Origin: Tubiluchus corallicola
Taxonomy: Eukaryota; Animalia; Priapulida
Assembly: GCA_030141605.1 (NCBI GenBank)
Contig: JAQGDQ010001766.1
Coordinates: 1 to 26,255 of the forward strand
Length of the DNA stretch: 26,255 bases
Direction of reading: 5' to 3'
The notes below the pieces were generated by a model. That model made no database searches. It saw only the letters and a program-made list of their open reading frames with translations, and had not been told where the DNA came from. A program made the translations under genes and the position numbers. Position 1 is the first letter of the stretch, and every line of letters begins with the position of its first letter. Positions 1-11,584 of this stretch are shown here, piece after piece.

Positions 1-103
1 CTATATAGCAAAAATGCATTTTTAATGTTTACTGATAAACTAGCTGAATATTTAGCCATTTGTTTTTTGTATTTACTCACACCAAGTAACTATGACAACT
101 TTG

Positions 104-106
<3 letters not shown>

Positions 107-152
<46 letters not shown>

Positions 153-168
153 ATATATATGTATGTAT
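107..168. repeat. (AT)n microsatellite
   Basis: Direct reading of the dinucleotide run, with a few ATGT interruptions. Confidence 0.95.
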
Positions 169-206
169 TACCACTAACAGTTGTTAAATTTACTAAGCGT
201 GGAGTA

Positions 207-757
207 CCCACGCATAAGTTGTAAAAACTTTCTGGTACAAACCGCGTAAAAAATCATGTTTAAATTAAATTAAATTAGTTTAGTTTAAACATAATTTATT
301 TAGGATTGGATCAGACAGTTTGTACAACATGATTTAAGATCCTCACCACAATAGACTTTACACACTATTTACAAAAACATTTACAGTAAGAATTGACCAT
401 ACTTAACTTTTAGTATACTAAAGTTTTACTACAGTGATACATTAGACATTAGTAAAAAATGACGGTTAGTAAATATTAATGTACGATTATTTAAGAATGA
501 TGCATTTTATATCAGATAGAAACTACTGGAAGCGTTTAGTACATAATATAAAGTCATGTATACATTGGAATTATATATTAAATTAAGTCATAAACCCGCG
601 CATAAGTTGTAAAAACTTTCTGGTACAAACCGCGTAAAAAATCATGTTTAAATTAAATTAAACTAAGTCATAAACCCGCTCATAAGTTGTAAAAACTTTC
701 TGGTACAAACCGCGTAAAAAAATCACGTTTAAATTAAATTAAATTAAGTCATAAACC
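207..757 (+). repeat. 80-bp tandem minisatellite, about 3 copies; first copy interrupted by a LINE 3' fragment
   Basis: ccc.c.cataagttgtaaaaactttctggtacaaaccgcgtaaaaaatca recurs at about 207, 595 and 675 (period 80 between the last two). Confidence 0.85.
276..571 (-). mobile_element. 5'-truncated LINE (CR1/L2-group) 3' end
   Basis: Reverse complement closely matches 23293-23594 (ORF2 end IFQCxHDFIxxTKRFQ* plus 3'UTR gtggtgaggatc...gatccaatcctaaataaattatgtttaaactaa). Confidence 0.8.
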
Positions 758-1164
758 TGCTGTTAAACAGTGACAGATCTTTGGTTACGAAGAAATCTTC
801 TCTAATATTTTTTAAAATCACGCGAAAGAAGTTCGTGTATTCTTGCGCGTCGATTCTCACTTAAAACTTCACAAGATCAGCTTCCGTTCTTGCGTTAATT
901 AAATCCTCATTAATTGAAAGAGACAATAGACACGCGTGTTTATCACAGAAAGATGCACTGCACTCAATAATTAACGTTGTTTGGACGGCAAACAAACTTC
1001 CCACTATTAGCTCAGTTGATGGTGTTGTCTCGTCCCGCTAGGCATTAGACGTTGTGTTTACTGATTGTCTAAGAAACGGAGAGTCGGGCGCATAAAGTCA
1101 ACTCTACCGAGCATGTCCGACTGAGAACCGGCGAGGCGGATGCAGAATTCCGGATTTCCGAATT

Positions 1165-1888
<724 letters not shown>

Positions 1889-2247
1889 TTCAATAATGAA
1901 AGTTACTCTGTTAGGTACTACAGAATGTACTATTTACTTTTTAAAAACATTAACCTTAAATAATGAAAGTTACTCTGCTGGTTACTACAGACTGCACTAT
2001 TTACTTTCTAAAAACATTAACCTTAAATAATGAAAGTTACTCTGTTAGTTACTACAGACTGCACTATTTACTTTCTAAGAACATTGACGTTCAATAATAA
2101 AAGTTACTACGTTTTAGTTACTACAGACTGCACTATTTACTTTTTAAAAACATTAACTTTCAATAATTAAAGTTACTCTGTTAGTTACTACAAACTGCAC
2201 TATTTACTTTCTAAAAACATTAACCTTCAATAATGAAAGTTACTCTG
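1889..2247 (+). repeat. 67-bp tandem minisatellite, about 5.3 copies
   Basis: taatgaaagttactctg-like anchor at 1894, 1961, 2028, 2095, 2164, 2231. Confidence 0.92.
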
Positions 2248-2769
2248 AGGTCCTAGAATAGCGAAAAAATATCCCATAATTCACTGGACGGTTCTGGACG
2301 CTTACAGCCCTGGATCTTACTTGCACCGTCTGCATCAATCTGTATTATTGTATTATATTGGTACCTACGTAATCATTGCCGTTACCATTACGGCAACATG
2401 ATATAAAATGTAAACGCGCCCTAAGAAACTACAACTAGACACGTTTATTTCCATGCAGTTTTCAGAGAAGTTTACTTAAAATACTTTTCAAAAGCAGTCG
2501 AAGTTTTGAATTCATCGAAAGCACAGTTTTGGTCGATCGTATTTGTTTTTCAATGTAAGGTCTCTCGAATCTTCGTGTGCACTATTGGAACTAACTAAAT
2601 TCGCATCGGGCAGCCTCTCACTTTGATTTAATCGGTGGAGATAAAGGACAAATAAAGAGAAAAAGGAGACTCAGTGTTTCTTGTGCAGAGCATGGATATA
2701 TATATATGTATGTATATATATATCTATATCTATATATATATATATATAATCATAATCTTTTTCATTTTT

Positions 2770-2962
2770 TGTGCATAGTTGTAAATATGTTTGATTTTAT
2801 TCGTCGTTACTTTCCATTACTGCACAGTGGTTTAGATTGCACTGACGCATTTGCCTTTAGCAGTGTAAGTTTTTATTAACTAACACTGATTGATCATCTC
2901 TGTAAAGTTTTTATCAGTGATTATCAATGTATTTTAATGGCAAATAAAGATTATTATATATA
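2770..2962 (+). mobile_element. Retroposon 3' tail fragment related to 4660-4853
   Basis: Shared blocks ttgtaaatatgtt, tgcact(g)gacgcatttg, cagtgt, attttaatg.caaataaaga followed by a (TA)n tail. Confidence 0.5.
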
Positions 2963-3141
2963 AAAAAATGAAAAAGATTATGATTTAATTAATATGGCCG
3001 TGGATATATGAATTCTGAATTAGTGTGTATGTTGTCATACTGGTGTGACGGTATTTCATCTCTAGTTAATATTAGTGATTTTAATTTTGTTTTAAATGCT
3101 GACAGGGATGATCCAAAGATGCGCATGTTTAGAGTTTAGAG

Positions 3142-3952
3142 CAGGGGTGTGCCCGCCGAGAGAATTTGTGCAGCCTGCGAAGAGATTTGTCAACCTAATG
3201 AAAGTGCGGCCCGGGCGATTAATCGAGTGTATCCAGCTGAAGTCCGTGCCACGATCCCAAAGATAGTGCGGGTAGTTTTTTCTACTAGATCGGATGCCAT
3301 TAACCCTTACAAGATGGTTGTAGCTTAATGTCACAGTACTACACAGACTGTGTGATACACATTACTAATATGCATTGTAATGAAATTACCACTATCTGTC
3401 CTAAAAGTAGAAATATATGGTTTGTAATATAAATTTTAATAACTTCTAAAATAGTTTCTTGAGTGTAGTAGTAATGATATACGCAGATCGGATGCCAAAA
3501 AATCGTTATCAGGCCTTTCTGTACTTGGCTCCTTGATCAAACTGCTCGTGGCCCGCAGGAATTGCGGGAAAGTTTAATGTGGCCCAGCTAGTCAGATAAT
3601 TTGCACACCCCTGGAGTTGATTGTTTTGACCTACAGTTTAAGCTTGAGTCCGCTTTTGCTTAAACGTTTTAACAAGGCAGATCTCCCATGGCTTAAAAAA
3701 TCGTGAACTTGCAGACAAAAATGACATTCTAATTGATGGTTTTAGCTCTGATGTGTTATTTAACTCACTGTTTTTTTAGGAAACAATTTTTTAATGTAAT
3801 GATTTTAAATTGAATTTTTTTAGGCTAATGTATTCTTAATGTGTATTTTAGCCAGTATTTTTAATACGTTTAGTGAAAAATATTTTTGTGTGTTGCAAAT
3901 GTCTGTAAAATGGTATTATGTATATATATATCAGATAATTTGCACACCCCTG
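3142..3952 (+). mobile_element. Non-autonomous hAT (Charlie-like) MITE with duplicated right end
   Basis: Left TIR caggggtgtgc at 3142; right TIR ttgcacacccctg at 3601-3613 and again at 3940-3952; perfect 8-bp TSD gtttagag at 3134-3141 and 3953-3960; body highly similar to 24224-24723. Confidence 0.9.
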
Positions 3953-4299
3953 GTTTAGAGGGTGAGCAGTGGTAAACTCTCCCTCCGAACACGTCTGGCC
4001 GTATGAAACAACCCCAACAGCTTGTCAGTTTGTATGAATGGATTATTTTAATCCACTCTGTAAGTAAATTAGCCTTCTCTCTACACTGTATAGTCAACGG
4101 CTTATACCTGTATACTCACTGTATACCTATTGGGACGGCATAATTGGATAATGCCCAGGTTTACCGAGGATACTATACTGTGCGCAGGAGACCACCCCTG
4201 TACCCAATTACCCCCAATGAATGGAAATTAAACTGCGGAAAATTATGGTCCTAGGAGTTTATATTTGACAAATAGACAAACAACTCTATTACACGTGTT

Positions 4300-4853
4300 T
4301 GTAACCGAGTAGCCGAGTAGCGTTAGTCCCACAGTGGTGTGGAACGATTTGGTTCAAGGTTCAAGCCCCACTTGAACTGTGTGTGGTGTGTGCAGGTTCT
4401 AGGGGAAGAAATCGAGCATGGTTTCTGAAGACAAGACGTCCAACGCACTATTAAAAAAATTATGTAATGTAACATGTGTTATGTCAGTTTTGTAATGTCA
4501 AATGTATAAATAGTGTAAATGTAATGAATGAAATTTATGTAATGTAAAGCATGTTTCTGTTAGTTGTGTCATGTCAAATGTATATATATTGTGTAAAATA
4601 TGTCGTGTAAAATTTAATGTATTTTTGTAATATTGTTTTGTAAAAATATTTTAATATTGTGTGTTTGTAAATATGTTCATTTATTGTATATAATTAGGCC
4701 TTAGTTTTGCACTTTAGTTTTTTTAGTCTGCACTGGACGCATTTGTCTTGAACAGTGTTGTTATTTTAACATTACGCTGAGGCTTACTCAATTTTATTAT
4801 AATGAGTGAGCCATTTTAATGACAAATAAAGAATTAATATATATATATATATA
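4300..4853 (+). mobile_element. Putative tRNA-derived SINE
   Basis: A-box-like tagccgagtag (4310-4320) and B-box-like ggttcaagccc (4358-4368); AT-rich body; 3' part shared with 2770-2962, ending aataaa plus (AT)n. May be two adjacent elements. Confidence 0.45.
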
Positions 4854-5163
4854 TTCACATTTTTATTTATACGTATTCACAATTTTCGAAATAAGGAGAT
4901 TAACAAACTAAGTGGGTTTTAAAGTATTTCTTATTTCTGTGCAAAGTCTTCAAACTCAAGAACGATTTTCAGTCGTCTAAATTGTTTTAAGTGCATTTTT
5001 CGATATAATACATGCTATACTAAGATATAAATAAACAACTAAATGAAAAATACCCGTTTTGCATTGTAATGTTTTCTGTATGTTTTCTAGACACGATACT
5101 GTACAAATTACAATATTTGACTTTATTTTGTCAAGTAGACCCCAATTTAAAACTTTTAAGGAA

Positions 5164-5820
<657 letters not shown>

Positions 5821-6501
5821 GACACAAAACAGAAAAAAGAAAAAGATGTTTGATTCATTGTAGTCAAACATAATACACATCATTCTTATCATACATTCGG
5901 TTAGAGTACCAAGCAGTAACAACAGATGCATTCCTCGTATCTTTACTTCTGTACGAATTGTCTGCAAAAATCGACTTAAACTCGGAGTTATTTAACGACG
6001 CAGGGTAAGTCTTCTAGTGATTACCCGTTAAGGACCTGCGCAATGCACCTTGGGAAATTTAATCCTCTAATACCATATGAATTGTCTCCTATTGCAATTG
6101 CGGTTTAATATTGTTGACTTTTTTAGTTTCAGTTATGACAGGAGAATCTAGCTGCTTGGGCGGGAATTTGGTGTGGCATTAAGATGAACTTTGCATAAAC
6201 CAAAAAACCCACATTAAGTATACCTACTAAACATAATATTAAGACTCACTCCAATGAGTTACCTTAATTAGCGATTACTTCGGAGCCTGTTGCATTTACA
6301 GCGTGACGTATAGCACTTATTGCAATCCCAATGCGTGCTCCCTGTGCATGGATACGCCCTTGTTAAGCTCAGGGAAATGATGTCATGGATTAAGAACAAT
6401 GATGCCGCTAATCTGTTGGGGAAGTCTAATCCAACGTTTCAGGAGGCTTTGTTGTCATACAAGATTTAAGAAACTCTTTGTAAGACGGCAGTTGATGAGC
6501 A

Positions 6502-6546
6502 GAGGTGGATTGCCACAAGGTGCAACTCTGGGGCCGTTATTATTAA
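6502..6546 (+). mobile_element. Tiny LINE reverse-transcriptase remnant
   Basis: aga ggt gga ttg cca caa ggt gca act ctg ggg ccg tta tta = RGGLPQGATLGPLL, resembling the RT motif GVPQGSVLGPLLF; no continuous flanking ORF. Confidence 0.4.
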
Positions 6547-6775
6547 AACAAAATACCCAGTAAAATGGTTACTGCTAAACTACAAGGACCAGGTAAAAAT
6601 GTTCGGATCGTGACAGAACGTTTTAGCAGGTGGTATAGATATTGTAAAAGCACGTGTATTGACTGTTTATATTATTAAACTTTTGACAGTAAAATGTTCG
6701 GATGAGCTCTTGAGTTAAAAGTGCAGCACAGTTACCACTAAATCACTCAACTCGGGTTTAATTATGTTGTTACTT

Positions 6776-7063
6776 TTAAATATTCCAATGTGTACACGAC
6801 TTTATATTTCACACTAAACGTTTTGAGTAGTTTCTGTCTCGCGTGAAATGCGTCTGTCCTAAATATTCGTAGATCTAAATTGTTAACAGTCGATTTATTA
6901 CTTGCATTTAATGTAATCATGTGGTAAACTTGTCAGGTTGTGTAGAATGGTCATTTTTTAAAAATGTTTTTGTAAATGGTGTATATGGTTTATTGTGGCG
7001 AGGATGATAAATTATGTTTTGAAACTGTGTGATCCAATCCTATAATAAATTGTGTTAAAATTA
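6776..7063 (+). mobile_element. Diverged LINE 3' end, same family as 276-571 and 22920-23594
   Basis: aatattccaatgtgtacacgactttatat...actaaacgttttgagtag and ttgtggcgaggat...gatccaatcctataataaattgtgtt match the other copies. Confidence 0.7.
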
Positions 7064-8411
7064 ACGAACCACTCAGCTTTCTGTACTTAACGAGACATCA
7101 ATTATTCGATACTAATAGTTCTCTAAAGAAGAAATTTAAAGCTTTTAAGCGTCAGTATAGTCAGGCTAAAGTACTTACCCAATAATTAGAAGGTTATTTT
7201 ATGCAATTTATTTAGAATTTATATACCCAGTTGTATTATTGAAACACTTATTTTAATTGTTCTTGTAATTTTTTTATAATCGCACGAGTTATTCTTGTTA
7301 TCATTGCAGCGCATTTCATTTACGATTTTTATTTGAAAGTACGACAATAAAAATTAAAATGTGCTGCCACCTACATTTAAAAAGATATATTATTGAACTG
7401 AGGTGGAGTTTAATCCAGCTTGTGGCCTTGGTCAGTCAGTACTGCTCAGTCACCTGTACTTGCTGGGCTTCCCAATCCCATATATGGTAGTGTTGATTGC
7501 TAGTGCGTTTAGCTAGCCAATCAGGTAAGCTCAGTTGGTACATGTGACTTGGGTTGCTGTGCCAAGGCCAGCTGTTTTTTTTCTTCTTGAGCATTGCTGT
7601 TGAATGGTCACCATGTGTCTTTTTTCCTGTAAATAGTAGTGTTAACTAGTAGTGTTAGTAGTAGTGTGATAATTTTGCTGTTAATGGAGATTTAAAATTA
7701 CAAAATGGTCAACAATGCTATGTGTGCTGATTAAAATTTAATTCCAATATTGCTTTGTCTCGGTCCATAAATACAGAATTTTCTACTTTTTTACTGCATT
7801 TTTAGTGTTGAATTTTTACTGAAAAACCTTTTAAAAAAATCTTAATATCAATTTCGATTGACTTTTTTTGGTGCTTTTCAGTTTGCTTTTCTTAAATAAT
7901 GCACTAGCAATCGAACAAGTTTTTTTGTTTGTTTGTTACTGACGTGCAACATTGTTCTTTGGACAGCTGATGAAGTTGGATGACAAAAGTTGATAACGTG
8001 TCTGCCACCGTGTAACAATAGCTATAACGAGGTGCTCTATAATAAGCGAAACGCTTGTGGGTTGCGCAACTGCGTCATACCACAATCCTGGTACAGATTA
8101 TGCAAAACAAGGCATCATTGATAAATCTGTAGAGCTGATGTCAACCTACCATTTCCACTAACACATCCTTCTACCTTTCCTGTGTGATCTAACCTTTCTC
8201 CCAGTTCTTTTTTTGTTCACTCATCCATTCTTTTTTTATCTGGTTCACATGACAATGGGCTTATATAAGCCTTTGCTTCTCTAGCCCACTGCAGTACAAT
8301 TATTCTTTTATGATAACGATAGTGTATGAAACATAACAATTTAATAAAGTATGACGTAATAATTTCGATGTCACTGTGTGCTTAATGTCATTATATTGTA
8401 CTGAATGTGAT

Positions 8412-8416
8412 AACAA

Positions 8417-8457
<41 letters not shown>

Positions 8458-8501
8458 GCCACAGCGACAGCGACAGCGGCAGCGGCAGCGGCAGCGGCAG
8501 C

Positions 8502-8539
<38 letters not shown>

Positions 8540-8560
8540 CAACAACAACAACAACAATAA
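8412..8560. repeat. Compound tri/hexanucleotide microsatellite (AAC)-(GACAAC)-(GACAGC)-(GGCAGC)-(AGC)-(AAC)
   Basis: Direct reading. Confidence 0.95.
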
Positions 8561-8726
8561 TTTTGTAAAATTTGTCTAGAACAATCTTCATCATGACCTT
8601 TCATTTTCACATCAAAATAAAAAACCATGATCTGATTTTCCTTGAAATACCAACAAATTTGCTGCTTAGTGGTTTATCAGTAGGACTTTTATAAGAAATA
8701 AAACTAGATGCGTGTAGCGCTGTCAT

Positions 8727-9100
8727 TGTAGAAGTTGGAATTGTACATTATAGTTAGGTGCTGCCATCTATGGGCTAATCATGTTACATTCTACCAGCTC
8801 ACTTACCGTCTGTATAATTGTATGGTGCAGTGAATGCATACACACTGGTCCTCTCCCTATTTTAAAGTAATGGTTGTTGTGTAGCCTGTGCAAGTCGGCA
8901 TAGGTCACCTATACCTATATATACTGACTGGTTTTGCTTTCTAGTCATTCTCTCTCTCTCTCATTCTCAGTGTTCAGTGCAGCAGTCATGCTACTCATGT
9001 GTCTGTAGTTTTAATAAACACTTTTCTGTTGTGTGCAGTGCAAATATGTATTCTAGATTTTTTATTCTTGTTCATACTTCTGTGCCTAAACTCAATCATA
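8727..9100 (+). mobile_element. Interspersed repeat, solo-LTR-like (copy 1)
   Basis: Colinear with 15631-15947 (gaagttggaattgtacatt...tgtgcctaaactcaa.cata); begins TGT, has TATA-like tatatata and aataaa. No TSD found, so the class is uncertain. Confidence 0.6.
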
Positions 9101-9252
9101 ACAAAGTGAGTGATCTACAACTTCAAACATGACTTTCACAGTCATCTTACCAAGAAATTAAATATCTTTAAAATTATAACTGATTGATCATAATTATTTA
9201 ACCGAAATAACTTTTAATACAGATGTAGCTACAGCAGAAGAAGCTAGTTATT

Positions 9253-9409
9253 AATTAAACTATAAATACACTTAAGGTTAATAACTTATAATAATATGTA
9301 TCAATATCTGCTAATATCAATATTTATGAATTAAACTATAAATACACTTAAGGTTAATAACTTATAATAATACGTATCAATATCTGATAATATCAATATT
9401 TATGAATTA
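9253..9409 (+). repeat. 76-bp tandem duplication
   Basis: aattaaactataaatacacttaagg at 9253 and 9329. Confidence 0.85.
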
Positions 9410-11040
9410 TTATCAGATTATGATATTGTTCCCGGGGTTCGACCTGGTAGATAGCCTTACGGCCCGCCATCGGTGATGCGGGTAAGCGCTGCATAATGGG
9501 CACTCCAGAAATTAAAAAAAAAGAAACAACAAAACCAAAACTTAGAAGTCAAAAGGGAAGGCTGAAAGAAAAAGAACAACACAATAGAAAAAAAAACAAC
9601 CTGATGACAATACTTCAAACCTTACGGAATCCACGACACTCTCGGCAGGCAGACAGGAGAAGTGCATTCCACGACAACCAGAGGACAACTGACGATATCA
9701 CGTGTTAGTTCTTTCCACAGGAAACCACTGCTCAACCAATCGCAGGTAATGTTATGGGCTTCCTAGTTTAAAGTGGAGGTCATAACATTACCTGTAGGTT
9801 GGCTGGCCTGGTGCCTGTGAATAGAACTGTATAATGAATGCACTGTTCCCTGTTCAGCTCAATATTACAATCATCTTCTTCGTGGGAACACAATATTAAG
9901 CTATCAAATGAAGTGTTTAATATTTTAGTGCATCCAAGAGCTTATTGTTTGCACAAAGCGTTTTTAAAATTGATTGTTTTTAATTACCTTCTGAGACAAT
10001 GATTTATTTTTTAATTATTAATTTTTTCACATTGTATATGCTGCATAGACTATATTATATCCTAGTCTGTATTGTGCAGTCATGTTTTATGATTTTCAAT
10101 GGTATGGTACTATAGGCCTATTAATTTATGTGAACTTCCACGTAAATCTTACACGTTATTTTTGTATTATATATTTGGGAGAATCTCTGTATCAATTATA
10201 ATGAGCTGTTTGATTCAGGCCCATTAGCCCTTAAAATAAATAACTTATAATGTTCGTGGCAAGATATTAATTTTTATTTAAGTGCATTTGTTGGTGTCAA
10301 GCAATTTAATCTAGCATTCTATAATTATTTGTTTTCTTTTCTCACTTTTACAAACATGCATTTCCTGAAAGTGTTTAAATGAAGCCAGCCTTATTCATGT
10401 GACCTACGCCACCTATCAATCACACTTGTTTTTAGTTAGATTTTCTGTTGCTGCTATGCTGATCATGTCGTTTTGTGATACTTGCATTGCTTTGTCTATT
10501 TTGTTACAATTTAACAGTCACTAATTGTCTTTTCAAGCCAAAGTTGTCACCAGTAAATGTAAGTCACCATCTACTTTAATAATTAGTTAATATTTTAAAT
10601 TGGTTAGAATTGCTTCAAATCTCAAGAATCATGAAGTAATAATTTGTGTTTGAGTCTTCTTAAATCTAATTTTTTATTTGTCTAAATAGTAATAAGTTTA
10701 GCACGTTCTTAAGCACTTTTTGTGATCTGTTATTTTAATAAATTGAAGGTCTATCTCGCAGTTCAATACTGATTTTTGCCGTTTCTTTGTCTGGATGGGG
10801 CGCATCCACAGCATTAAAATAGCAATGTTATTTTAATTATTATACAATTTTGCAGAAATTTCCTGTGAAGTTTGTCTAGAAAAGTTCATTACATTTTAGA
10901 GAAAAAGTGCTTTAGTATCATATTTCCTGTTTTTGGAAACGTTTCCGCCTAACTTTCCAAATTTTGGCAGAAATATGTACTACAAAGCTATCCCACGTTA
11001 TCCCAATAATGTCTTTCGTTTGTTTATTCTCCCCGAGGGG

Positions 11041-11229
11041 AGTGGGCCGATCCTGGAAGTACTGCAATACCAGGCCAACCCGTAGAGGTGGGCGAGCAAG
11101 CTCTGGCCACACCTCCCAATACCAAAAATCAGTTTAATATTCTGGTCCCTCAATGAGGGACGTATCAGATATTAAGCTGATAAGAACAGATACTACACTT
11201 TGATCTTAGCCAAAAGGCCGAGAAGCGAT
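11041..11229 (-). ncRNA. U2: U2 spliceosomal snRNA, full length
   Basis: Reverse complement reads ATCGCTTCTCGGCCTTTTGGCTAAGATCAAAGTGTAGTATCTGTTCTTATCAG...; branch-point recognition GTAGTA, stem IIb GTCCCTC-ATT-GAGGGAC, Sm site ATTTTTG, stem IV loop TATTGCAGTAC; ends GGCCCAC(T). Confidence 0.97.
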
Positions 11230-11250
11230 ACCAATGAATTGAAGGAACGG

Positions 11251-11287
11251 TATTTATACAAACATGCACCACCATTTGCTTGTGGTG
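11251..11287 (-). promoter_or_regulatory. Putative U2 promoter: PSE-like element plus TATA-like box
   Basis: CACCACAAGCAAATGG at -58..-43 (usual PSE position, loose match to the TCACC-type PSE) and TATAAATA at -29..-22. Confidence 0.5.
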
Positions 11288-11584
11288 TGTTAATCCCTAT
11301 GACAGCTTATCCCTTCGATTATTGATACTAGCTATAAACAATGAGGTTCTTAACTCAACTTTTCAGTTAACTGTCAGTTAGTAAAAAACCATTTGTATGA
11401 TTTAGCCTTGTAAGTGATTTGCAAAATATTTTTATCAGAAAAATCTTAAAATGCAACATTTCTGCTAGCTTGCAGTGCCACCTGGTTTCAAAATTAATAA
11501 GATGTATCCTCGTGCAAAATTCGCGTAACTTGTACGATTTTTAAGCAGAGGACCACCGCCTTCTATATTCAACAGCATATTAAA

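Noticed and set aside
1003-1164. Possible SINE (tagctcagttg A-box) with (AGT)n tail
   Set aside because: No B box at a suitable distance, and no second copy or TSD in the window.
3092-3334. Paired 76-80 aa ORFs here and at 24214-24444
   Set aside because: Antisense frames within two copies of a non-coding MITE; no transposase motifs.
4305-4375. Functional tRNA gene
   Set aside because: A/B-box-like motifs are present, but I could not fold a cloverleaf with an acceptor stem; treated as a SINE head.
10918-11112. 64-aa minus-strand ORF
   Set aside because: Overlaps the 3' half of the U2 snRNA; incidental.
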